Source: Pseudobdellovibrionaceae bacterium (GTDB lineage Bacteria > Bdellovibrionota > Bdellovibrionia > Bdellovibrionales > Bdellovibrionaceae). From it: DNA of 64,000 nucleotides. Shown piece after piece: positions 37,948 through 46,880 of the stretch. Location of the stretch: the NCBI GenBank assembly GCA_044229295.1, contig JBGATJ010000007.1, forward strand, positions 13,141-77,140. Reading direction: 5' to 3'. Below the pieces are notes generated by a model. The model did no database searches and was not told the DNA's origin. It saw nothing but the letters and a program-made list of their open reading frames with translations. Position 1 is the first letter of the stretch; every line of letters begins with the position of its first letter. The position numbers and the translations under genes were made by a program.

Positions 37948-38986
37948 CGCAATCGAAGGCCTTTGTTGCGAGCTCTTCCCCTAAACTTTGAGCGAGCGAC
38001 TCGGCGATAAAATCAGAGCGAAGGCCGAGAACAGTAGAGCCGTTGTAGTTTTCAAAAGAGGCCTTAACAGATGCGAAGAGCAAAGCGAGCATTTCACCAT
38101 TTTCATTCACAATAGCTCCTCCTGAACTTCCAAAGTAAGCGTCCAAGTTTGTGAGCAAAAATCTGGATTGATTATAAATTTCACGGTTGCGGTCAAAAGT
38201 CTTTTGCCGATCTTCCTTTGGAATCTGCGCTATCAGCGATTGTAAAAAAGAATCTTCGCTGATGTCTTCTCGCGGGTGTCCTAGAGAAATTCTCTGTTGA
38301 GATCCAGGTGAGTCCAAACCTTGAGGTCGATGGGTCCATCCGGGAAATGAAGCTAACCACAAAGGTTGAGATTTTTTTGCCGCAAATTTTACAGGAACAC
38401 TCACGCAGGCCTGAGGCTCGTGGACTTCGTATTTCAACAGTGCAAAGTCTTGGTATTCGTTTTTTAACAAATTCAATTCTTCTTCAGACAAGAGCATCGC
38501 CCGTTTTTCATCAAAAGAAAAAAAGCCTTTACCAACAGCCACTAGCTTTGGATTAGAGAGCGGATGACCTGCATCCTCAGAGCCCCATAAAATTGCGTGA
38601 AAACTTGGGGGACACTGAAGTTTGCCAGAACCTTTCTTGACCGTCTTTAGGCCATGAAAATAGTCTTTCGAAAATTGGTTTCCAGTCACTTCAGGGTGAA
38701 AGTCCCATGTGTCTACGAAACAATCTTTTAAGCAATGCAAATTCGTCAGAAAATAACCATCCCTCGAAACCATGACTCCGCTACAATGATTTCCATCGGG
38801 AGTTTGGAGTTGGTGAACGGCACGCGAAACAGTCTCTAGGTTTGTAAAGGGCACTGGAAGATTGGCGGGGGTGTAAAAGCCACCAGATTCAAAAACGTCA
38901 GAATTGGAGGCCCGCGAAAAACTCGCAGATGCAACTGCACATCCCAAAAGTATCACCAATAACCGGCTTTGGATTTTCAAAGACAT
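37928..38986 (-). CDS. Secreted trypsin-like serine protease
   Basis: Signal peptide. His motif FLTNLHC, Asp QDFALLKY, Ser GSSGGAIVNENGEMLAL. The ORF track extends to 39022. Confidence 0.8.
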   Translation of the reverse strand: MSLKIQSRLLVILLGCAVASASFSRASNSDVFESGGFYTPANLPVPFTNLETVSRAVHQLQTPDGNHCSGVMVSRDGYFLTNLHCLKDCFVDTWDFHPEVTGNQFSKDYFHGLKTVKKGSGKLQCPPSFHAILWGSEDAGHPLSNPKLVAVGKGFFSFDEKRAMLLSEEELNLLKNEYQDFALLKYEVHEPQACVSVPVKFAAKKSQPLWLASFPGWTHRPQGLDSPGSQQRISLGHPREDISEDSFLQSLIAQIPKEDRQKTFDRNREIYNQSRFLLTNLDAYFGSSGGAIVNENGEMLALLFASVKASFENYNGSTVLGLRSDFIAESLAQSLGEELATKAFDCAIGKEE

Positions 38987-39218
38987 AGAATCCCTCCTCC
39001 GGGCGGTGTACAATAGATACAAGGCTCTTGGGTAGGGATTTTCTTGCCGTGGAATTTTCTACTGGCCAAAACTTAAATATAGGCTCACCGTACTTGAAAT
39101 CCAAAACAGTAATGACGAAGTCTGTACCTCCGTTGTTAGCAAACCGCGAATTTGCACTCTTCTTTGGCTTGAGTGAAACGAAAACAGAATAAAAGTAGGT
39201 TTTGGGCGTAAGGCGGTT

Positions 39219-39888
39219 TTAACGACTCACTCCAAATTCCTCTCGAGCTCGCATCAAATTGTGAGCTTGGCAGAGGAGCCTGAGGTTCTCCGGCGTGTGT
39301 TTTCCACCCGTAGCAAGCGGAATGATGATCTATCTGTACAAAGTGGTGAGAACCGCAGCCAGGGTGAGTGCAACGCCCTCCATCGCGCTTCCAAACCTCT
39401 CGCGAGATCTTTGCAGGAATATGTCGAGGGGACTTCGGCGTTGGCGTTGCCTTGTGTCGTGGATTTTGCAAAAGAGGATCCTCACGCTTTCTGCAGACTT
39501 TCGCCATTTTGCGAATCACATCTTGAAAGCTAGCTCCCGGCATGTCGTGAGACCAGATCTCTTGCAGACGCTCTAGGTCTTCTATGAGCTCACTATCAGC
39601 AAGAAGTTTAATCTCGGTAAGCTCATCGGCAACAGGTCTTACTTTCTCTTTGGACCTTGCAGGATTTGTGGACTTGGAGATAAGGATTTCGACTGGCTTC
39701 AGGCTCGCTATTACGCAGAACTTTTATGCAGTAAGCAAATAAGCTGTTAACACCGACTGAGGCAAAGAGCCTTCGGCGCTGAACTTCGCAGAGATGATGA
39801 AGCACCACAAGGGTAGCGGCCTTTTCATCGGAATCGGCTTTGAGAGTGTTTTGCAAAAGCTCTTGATCTGAGAGGTGTTTAAATCCAT
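39219..39888 (-). pseudogene. HNH endonuclease gene disrupted by at least three frameshifts
   Basis: Pieces in three frames: MDL|KHLSDQELLQNTLKADSDEKAATLVVLHHLCEVQRRRLF.., ..LERLQEIWSHDMPGAS..CTHPGCGSHHFVQIDH, and IIPLATGGKHTPENLRLLCQAHNLMRAREEFGVSR*. Confidence 0.75.
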
Positions 39889-40209
39889 AGGTAGAACTCC
39901 TTTTTTCAAGAGTTGTACCTATGGTTTTTAAAAGCGAAGATTTTGCGATTTTCCAAGAGCTAAATATAATCGAAGATCTCTAGAAAACACGTCATACAAA
40001 GCAAGCAAAGCCTCACCAGCAAAAGAAAAATCCCAACACGTTCCCGACCGAACCCACAAGAAAAAAACTCAAAGCGCGCCCGAATAGAAACACGAAAAGT
40101 CAGTCAAGCAAATTCCACTTCCTAAAAAATAAAAAAACTCGTAGTAGCTGACCTCGGCTGTGGGTTGTCCACGCCATCCACGCCTTCGATCAACGCCGTG
40201 AAAGCTGCC

Positions 40210-40244
40210 GGAAATTTGTGGACAATATATTGTCCACAATTTCC
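40210..40244. promoter_or_regulatory. Perfect 24-bp palindrome TTGTGGACAATATATTGTCCACAA (40216-40239) with flanking GGAAA/TTTCC extension; candidate operator
   Basis: Read directly. An extra TTGTCCAC half-site lies at 40165-40172. About 130 bp upstream of the small exported-protein gene. Confidence 0.5.
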
Positions 40245-40368
40245 TTGGATAATTTTTTATAAAAGGGCGGAGGAGCGCTTATGGCCAAAGTGACAATATT
40301 TGCCTCATCCAAACAGATGCATGGCGAGGATCTTGCTTAAGATGAATTTAACCAAAAAGGAGAGACTC

Positions 40369-40686
40369 ATGCTTAAAAAACTCGTAATTACTGGAATCCT
40401 GTTTTCTGTCGTCCAATCCAATGCCTACACAGTGAACTGCACTTCACGGGGTGGAAAGAAAATAACCCTCGATGTCAGCGATACTGTCAACGAAATCAAC
40501 AGTGTTAGCGTCGACGGCACCAAAGCAACTGCGACTGTCGAAAAATCCGATAGAAGTGATATTTTCTTCACCATTAGCGGCGCTGCTTTTCGTCTACGCC
40601 ACGGAAATTTAGCCCAAGCAGATTCTACCGGTATGTATCAGTCGGTTCCCTGCATTTTATCTGCTGAACCGAAATCTGAGTTTTAA
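40369..40686 (+). CDS. Small exported hypothetical protein
   Basis: Start at MLKKLVITGILFSVVQSNA (signal peptide) behind AAGGAGAG. No recognised family. Confidence 0.45.
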   Translation: MLKKLVITGILFSVVQSNAYTVNCTSRGGKKITLDVSDTVNEINSVSVDGTKATATVEKSDRSDIFFTISGAAFRLRHGNLAQADSTGMYQSVPCILSAEPKSEF

Positions 40687-40736
40687 ATCGGCCCCCGTCC
40701 CGTAGACATCCTCCCGATTTTAGTGCAGATTGAGGC

Positions 40737-42659
40737 GTGATTTTTAGAAAGCGCCTCCAAATCCTTAAAAAGCTTTTTTCTAAGCCGCCCAACCCCGTTG
40801 GGCTTAATGCTGTTCTCATTCAGTTTTCTCGAAATGCCGAATTGCCTGAGCGGATGGATCTTTTTCGCCAGCTTCTCGTTTGGCTTATGGAAAATGGCAG
40901 TGACCAGGTTGAGACAAGATTTCGGTATTTTTTTAAAGCTCTTGAAAATCAACCGGAATGGGAAAAGGGTTTGTCGACCTCGCTTAATCAAGTTCTTAGG
41001 GACTGTAGATCCTTTCGGCTCTTCACAGAAGTGGGAGTTAAGATTGAACATGGCCTTTGGGGGGACATTGCAGGACGACTGCTTGCAAAAATCCTGACTC
41101 CAGCAAGTCGGCACGACTCTGCTCAGATTTTTTCGGAGAGTTTCGTCACTCCAGATGCCCGTGAGGCGCTGGACTCCTTGTCGCCGGCCGCAGTTGAAAA
41201 AATCTGCGAGTGGTTTCAAAAAAATCTGGGCCATGAAAATAAAGAAAAGCTCGTTGTTGAAAGAAAAGAGGCGATGTACCTGCTGGCTGCGCACGTGGCG
41301 CACTACGGTCTTAGCGCACCAGTGCAGCGTCGAGTGGCTCGGCCTAACGAAGTCTCAACGTCTCCGTATTTTTTGCTGGTAGAATCCATTCGTGAGTTGG
41401 ATTCGGTTCGCGGTCTTGAAGTCCTCGACCTCTGCCAAAAAGAAATCGAATCTGTCTACGATCACTTAGATCAAAGTGGTGTAAGCGTTGACGTCGTCAA
41501 TCGCCTAGAGACTATCGAGGCTTTGCTACAAAGGCTGAAGATCTTGCTCGAGTTACAGACTCCGCAACCTGATGTTGTCCATCGATTTTTGCGCGAAGTA
41601 GTCAAGGCTCAAGAAAGCAGTCGTTCGGTTTTTAATTATTTGGCCAGGCATTTTTATCTTTTGTCGCGCAAGGTAGTTGAACGTAACGGTCACTCGGGGG
41701 AGCATTACATCGCCCATACAAAAGCAGAGTTACGGTCGATGTTCTGGTCTGCCTTGGGCGGTGGATGTATCGTTGTTTTGATGACGATATTTAAAGTGCT
41801 TTTCATTCACACGCATCCAGCTCCGGTGTTTTTAGGTTTAGGAGTTTGGATTATCTACTCTGCGGGCTTCCTTGCAATGCAGTTTAGTGGGACAACTCTG
41901 GCCACTAAGATCCCGTCTTTTACAGCATCTCGGTTAGCTGGTTTTTTAAAGTCTCGTCACTTTGATCAATCCGGTTTCACTAACGAAGTTAAATCCACTC
42001 TCAAATCTCAAGTTTTAGCGCTTATTGGAAACCTCTGTGGAGTTATTCCTTTCGCTCTCGTGATTGACCAAGCTTTACGATATGGTTTTGGCGGAGGATT
42101 GATGGATGTTGCCTACGCCGATCACGTCATCGATAATTTGCATCCTATTTTTAGCCTCGCGGTTCTTTTAGGAGCACTTACGGGATTTCAGCTTTGGCTT
42201 TCGTCCTTAGTTGGTGGGTGGTTTGAAAATTGGGTTGTGTACAACCGGATTCCAGAAACCGTGGCCGAGCACTATCGTTTGCGCCAAGTTCTTGGAGAAG
42301 CTTCGGCGGTCAAATTTTCAAATTGGATTTTGGATCAGTCGTCGGGGCTTGCCACCAACGTGTCGTTGGGATTTCTCTTTGGATTCTGTCCCGTGATAGG
42401 GGACCTATTTGGTCTTAATTTTAATGGCAATCACGTGACAATATCGACAGCCTCATCGCTTTTTGCTTTTTCGGCTCTGAACTTTCAGGTTGATGGATGG
42501 ACCGTCGCTGCCACGAGCACAGGACTTTTGCTTATTGGCCTTATGAATTTTGTGGTGAGCTTTTTATTAGCTCTATTTGTCGCAGCCAGAGCCCGTCGAA
42601 TGCAGTTCTGGCGAATGCTTCATTATTTGCGACAGAGTTTTGGCAGGCGAGGGGCTTAG
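40737..42659 (+). CDS. Large membrane protein, possibly of the PF10136 'site-specific recombinase' family
   Basis: Soluble helical N-half (about 330 aa) plus a multi-TM C-half. The overall architecture and N-terminal RMDLFRQLLVWL.. resemble the recalled family. Not verifiable here. Confidence 0.35.
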   Translation: MIFRKRLQILKKLFSKPPNPVGLNAVLIQFSRNAELPERMDLFRQLLVWLMENGSDQVETRFRYFFKALENQPEWEKGLSTSLNQVLRDCRSFRLFTEVGVKIEHGLWGDIAGRLLAKILTPASRHDSAQIFSESFVTPDAREALDSLSPAAVEKICEWFQKNLGHENKEKLVVERKEAMYLLAAHVAHYGLSAPVQRRVARPNEVSTSPYFLLVESIRELDSVRGLEVLDLCQKEIESVYDHLDQSGVSVDVVNRLETIEALLQRLKILLELQTPQPDVVHRFLREVVKAQESSRSVFNYLARHFYLLSRKVVERNGHSGEHYIAHTKAELRSMFWSALGGGCIVVLMTIFKVLFIHTHPAPVFLGLGVWIIYSAGFLAMQFSGTTLATKIPSFTASRLAGFLKSRHFDQSGFTNEVKSTLKSQVLALIGNLCGVIPFALVIDQALRYGFGGGLMDVAYADHVIDNLHPIFSLAVLLGALTGFQLWLSSLVGGWFENWVVYNRIPETVAEHYRLRQVLGEASAVKFSNWILDQSSGLATNVSLGFLFGFCPVIGDLFGLNFNGNHVTISTASSLFAFSALNFQVDGWTVAATSTGLLLIGLMNFVVSFLLALFVAARARRMQFWRMLHYLRQSFGRRGA

Positions 42660-42662
42660 ATT

Positions 42663-42911
42663 TTACTCCCAGCCCATAACAGTCGCACAATCATTATTAT
42701 ACGCGGCTAAAGCCTGCTTTGCAGACGTGAAATTCTTCACAGTGCCTTGCATATCTACGGCGTAAGTCGTGCGACCATAGTCTTCAACTTTAATAAGATC
42801 GACGTAGTATTCGGGGCGGTAACCTTCGCAGTGCTTAACAACTTTGGTTGCAGCTAAAGAGGTAGAAGCTGTTGCGAAACAGAGTGCCAGTATCATTTTT
42901 TTCATTCTCAT
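42663..42911 (-). CDS. Small exported hypothetical protein
   Basis: Start at MRMKKMILALCFATASTSLAA (signal peptide). Two Cys. Confidence 0.45.
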   Translation of the reverse strand: MRMKKMILALCFATASTSLAATKVVKHCEGYRPEYYVDLIKVEDYGRTTYAVDMQGTVKNFTSAKQALAAYNNDCATVMGWE

Positions 42912-43073
42912 AGTCCTTTCAAAAGTTTTTTTGAAACTATGACGGTTTGCGTTCTGGAACAAGAGGGCAAGAATTATTTTCTGTAGATGTTGTGCCTGCT
43001 TGAAACAATTTTTCAACAGGACCATTGCCTTTTATCAACTTGTCGGTTAGCAAATGCGCCTTGGGGGGGCTTC

Positions 43074-44570
43074 ATGAAAAACATTTTTTGTTTTCTTTTA
43101 TTTGCGACATGGGTTTCGATTTCCGCCCAGGCAAGAGTTCTAGATGTCATCGAACCTTATCTTGCGAATCCTGAGATCGACGTTCTTCATTACAATGTTC
43201 GTGCTAAAGTGGCGCAAATGCCACCTCAGCAGATTGATTTTGAAACCGACCTCACTCTCAAAACACTCACCAACAATCAAACCATCGAGTTGCATGTCGA
43301 ATCCAGCGTGCTAACCGTCGCGAGAGTTCAAAGTTTTGGCAGTGATCTTGCTTTTAATATTCTACCAGGTAAAAGCAATAAATATGGCTTGTCAGGATCC
43401 GTTCTTGAAATTGCACTTCCTCAAAAAAGATCCGCCGGGCAAACGCTCACTCTTAAGATTTTCTATACTGTAAAGAAGAATTTCGAGGCTGACGACAAAG
43501 GCCTTTTTTACACGGCAGGTGGTGGACTCATCACTCGCAACTGGCCCTACTATGGCCGATTCTGGCTCCCTAGCAATGATTCTCCTGATGATGTCGCCAA
43601 TGTGGAATACCACCTTGAAGTTCCAGACGGCTACATGGCCCTGGGTAATGGCTCGTTACTCAAGGGCGATGAGCATTCAGGTTCAGGATTGCAACCGAGT
43701 GGATTGCGACTGTTTGAGTGGGAGCAGAAGGCGACAACCACCGTCTACAATTTTATTTTTGGCGTCGGGAAATTCGATCTTTTTAAGAGCGAAGTTTGTT
43801 TTAATAATGACGGTGAAATCAACGACAAGACTGTCGATTGTGCGCGGGCGGATCGCAAAATCCCTCTGATTGTTTATTATCACAAAACTGATCCAGAAGG
43901 GCCGGCGATAATTAAGAGCGTTCAAGAAGCGGCGTTGTCTGCGGTGTATTTCTCAAAACTCCTTGGGCCATTTATCTTTGATAAACTGGGGTTTGTTATA
44001 AGCCCTTATCCATTTGCCATGGAGTCTACGTCGATGATTGTGCTTACGGGTTCTAAAAATGCCGTCCATGAAGTGGCCCATCATTGGTGGGGGAATAACG
44101 TGCATTTCGCGCATTGGGGTGATTTTTGGATCAGTGAGGGATTTACAACCTACTTCAATGGGCTTTACGACGAATACAAGACAGGAACCAATAGTTCCTG
44201 CCTTGCAAATCCAGCAGAAGACTTGAACCATCCGGCAAATACAGATGCCAATGACATTTTCAATTCAACTCCCTATTGCAAAGGAGCTCTTGCTCTAAAT
44301 ACGCTCAGACAGGAGATTCGGGAGTTGGTTGGTAAAGATGTTTTTCTGGATTTGATGTCGGCACTCTACAAACAGTACAAGGGTGGAAGACTCTCATCGC
44401 TAGATATCGTCAATTTTGTTGATAAGAATCTTGTCGGGATTTTGGCAGCTCAGGGACTTAAGGCTGAGCAAGAGCAAGTGAGTGCTCTTGCCGAGAAGTG
44501 GAGAAGGGAGTTTATCGTAATAGAACTGGCCCCTCAGATTGTTAATAGGAACTGTTATTTCTGTATTTAG
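43074..44570 (+). CDS. Secreted M1-family zinc aminopeptidase
   Basis: Signal peptide. FAMES exopeptidase-motif variant, HEVAHHWWGN (HEXXH) and WISEGFTTY (downstream Glu). Confidence 0.87.
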   Translation: MKNIFCFLLFATWVSISAQARVLDVIEPYLANPEIDVLHYNVRAKVAQMPPQQIDFETDLTLKTLTNNQTIELHVESSVLTVARVQSFGSDLAFNILPGKSNKYGLSGSVLEIALPQKRSAGQTLTLKIFYTVKKNFEADDKGLFYTAGGGLITRNWPYYGRFWLPSNDSPDDVANVEYHLEVPDGYMALGNGSLLKGDEHSGSGLQPSGLRLFEWEQKATTTVYNFIFGVGKFDLFKSEVCFNNDGEINDKTVDCARADRKIPLIVYYHKTDPEGPAIIKSVQEAALSAVYFSKLLGPFIFDKLGFVISPYPFAMESTSMIVLTGSKNAVHEVAHHWWGNNVHFAHWGDFWISEGFTTYFNGLYDEYKTGTNSSCLANPAEDLNHPANTDANDIFNSTPYCKGALALNTLRQEIRELVGKDVFLDLMSALYKQYKGGRLSSLDIVNFVDKNLVGILAAQGLKAEQEQVSALAEKWRREFIVIELAPQIVNRNCYFCI

Positions 44571-44663
44571 CCGGCGATTCTTCTGTTTTCGGGACCCTGC
44601 TCTCTAAGGACTCGGCTCTCTGGCCCAGTTGGTGAGAGCATGTAACGCGCAAACTGGTTCTTC

Positions 44664-44923
44664 ATGCTTAATAAATTCAGCGCTTATAACCTGGCCATCC
44701 AATTCTATAAGCGTTGTGCAAAAGTAATGGAGCTCTCTTCACGACTCACAAGCCATTTTGCATTTGCTCACCGAATCCGAATCTGCATTACAAGCCAGAA
44801 AATGAGGCGAACACCTTGGAGATTGTATTTTCAAATTTGTGTCGTGCCTTAGACAAAAAAGTGAACCCAACTGGGTCAGAGAGCTGGGTCCTTATCGTAA
44901 TCCCTTCTCAGGTCACAAACTAG
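44664..44923 (+). pseudogene. Possible degenerate four-helix-bundle (23S rRNA IVS-type) protein gene
   Basis: N-terminus MLNKFSAYNLAIQFYKRC resembles that family. The ORF stops at 62 aa and a second frame continues. Confidence 0.25.
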
Positions 44924-45295
44924 TTATTCCCAATCGGCGGCAGCATCTCTTGTGCCGTTCCAGGTGTGTTCGTCATTCCAAAGTCCATCAAAGCCCTTAC
45001 AATCAGTCGCGAAGGTAAAATCTATATCGCCTTCGCCATATTTGTCAGACCATTTTCCAGTGAGGCGGTTGTCAGCGAGTTTTAGTTCGGACAAAGTTCC
45101 AGGAGAGTTATCATCGCTCATAATGTAAGTTCCGCCAAGACTTCCATTGTCTGCCATCTTAAAGTTAGTTTGGGAGTTTTTTCCACCGCCTTCGATGTAG
45201 CCGTGATAATTTCCAGCGATATCTTCGATTTTGCAGGTTCCGGCTAAGGCATTTAAGCTAAATACCAATACGGCAGCGGTCTTTAATAAAAACAT
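44924..45295 (-). CDS. Small exported hypothetical protein
   Basis: Signal peptide MFLLKTAAVLVFSLNALA. No recognised family. Confidence 0.5.
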   Translation of the reverse strand: MFLLKTAAVLVFSLNALAGTCKIEDIAGNYHGYIEGGGKNSQTNFKMADNGSLGGTYIMSDDNSPGTLSELKLADNRLTGKWSDKYGEGDIDFTFATDCKGFDGLWNDEHTWNGTRDAAADWE

Positions 45296-45443
45296 AGGAT
45301 CTCCTTTTTTATTTGGACGTCAAATGGAACATGCTGAGTTTTAACAGGCAAACTTTTTCTGGATGTGATTTGCTCAACCTGTTGCAAAATTCTGTAGAAG
45401 AAGTGATTTGACAGTTTCAAAATACTGCGATCTCCTTGAAAAT

Positions 45444-46880
45444 ATGCGTGTTTTATCTCTCGTTGTCGCACTTGGTTTTTCGATTTTGGCTCATGCCGAA
45501 CCTTGGCTGGCAAATCGCTTTGCGCAGAACTGCACAGCGTGCCATTCGCCGGGGCGCCCCGATGTCAGTTTCTCGCAGAAGCGTTGCACGGCAACTTGCC
45601 AAGGTTGTCATATCAGTCCCAATGGTGGTGGGCTACGAGGAGCCCATGGGAAGTGGAATGAGTCGAAATGGCTTCGCTCTTTTTATTTAGAAACCTGGCG
45701 GCCTAATTCCAAAACTCCAGCGCCGTTAGCGGAGCAAAAATTCAACGAAGAAAATTTGAAACGTTTCATCGGAAACCCCAATCAAGAAAAAGAAATGATT
45801 GAGCGTGGAATACCGATGAAAGGGAGTGACAGTCAGACTGAAGATCCCAAATATATCGCGCCGATGATGACGGAAAATGATCCGCAGAAATTCATGTATC
45901 GAGTTCCAGCGGGAGATCCCCTTCGCCAAAAACAAGAGCAATGGTTTACTGCTGGTGCAGACCTTCGCTACTTTCTGTTAAATACAAGTGGAAAGACCGA
46001 GGTCAATGGGGAGAGCACTCCCGCTGAATCCAAACAGTACAGCGCGTTTATGGGGCTTGATATTGGAGTTGAGGTTTCGCCAGTTCAGCCAGTGCACTTC
46101 GTGTTTGAGCACCGCTATGGCAATCCACCATCGCACGACCATTGGGATCAGCTCTTCACTGGGCAGAGTGCGGTTAAATCAGCTTACGTGTTAGTCGATG
46201 ATCTTCCGTACAACTCTTGGATTCAATCCGGTCTCTATCGTCCTTTGTTTGGTCACTCAAATCCTGATCACAACACTCTCCTCAACCAGCTCACTGGATT
46301 CACACAATTTGTAACCTACAACACGACCTCGATTGGGACCGCGCCGGGGGCACCTTTTTTCAATTTGCATCTCATCAGCAAAAAGTCTGGGATTGAAGAT
46401 GAGCCCGGAAAAGCTGCGGGCACCGCCTTTAACCTTGGGGCTAGGTTTGTGTCCTATGGTCTCTCTTTGATGATTTCAAATTGGAACACGACAGCTGATA
46501 CTGCCACTCAAAGCATCACTAGAAAAATGACGGCTTTTGATCTTGGTACGGCGTTAGGAAGGTATGTTGGAAATATCAATCTTACGCGGGTTGAGCTGCG
46601 CGTGCCCGATCAGTCTCAGGACAAGGGCACGATCGTTACGCTTGAGAATAAGTACCGTTTCTGGCGAGAAAGTTACATGGTTTTAAATTACGCCTTTGCA
46701 AATACAACCCGTCTTCTGAAAGAGGGGACATCAAACCAACTAGGTTATGGGATAAGAACGTTTTGGCTCTCTGGCCTTGAAACAGAAGTTCTTATGACGA
46801 CAACCAAAGAAAAAGTTGAGGCGACCCAAACGACGGTCACCGACAACTATGCTCAGCTCCAGGCGCATTTCTTTTTTTAG
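45444..46880 (+). CDS. Exported protein with two N-terminal CxxCH motifs fused to a predicted outer-membrane beta-barrel (Cyc2-like architecture)
   Basis: Signal peptide MRVLSLVVALGFSILAHA. CTACH (45531-45545) and CQGCH (45597-45611). Long strand-like region ending ...AQLQAHFFF. Confidence 0.6.
   Translation: MRVLSLVVALGFSILAHAEPWLANRFAQNCTACHSPGRPDVSFSQKRCTATCQGCHISPNGGGLRGAHGKWNESKWLRSFYLETWRPNSKTPAPLAEQKFNEENLKRFIGNPNQEKEMIERGIPMKGSDSQTEDPKYIAPMMTENDPQKFMYRVPAGDPLRQKQEQWFTAGADLRYFLLNTSGKTEVNGESTPAESKQYSAFMGLDIGVEVSPVQPVHFVFEHRYGNPPSHDHWDQLFTGQSAVKSAYVLVDDLPYNSWIQSGLYRPLFGHSNPDHNTLLNQLTGFTQFVTYNTTSIGTAPGAPFFNLHLISKKSGIEDEPGKAAGTAFNLGARFVSYGLSLMISNWNTTADTATQSITRKMTAFDLGTALGRYVGNINLTRVELRVPDQSQDKGTIVTLENKYRFWRESYMVLNYAFANTTRLLKEGTSNQLGYGIRTFWLSGLETEVLMTTTKEKVEATQTTVTDNYAQLQAHFFF

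Noticed and set aside
40683-41303. 206-aa minus-strand ORF
   Set aside because: It is fully overlapped by the 640-aa plus-strand gene, which has a coherent domain and TM organisation.
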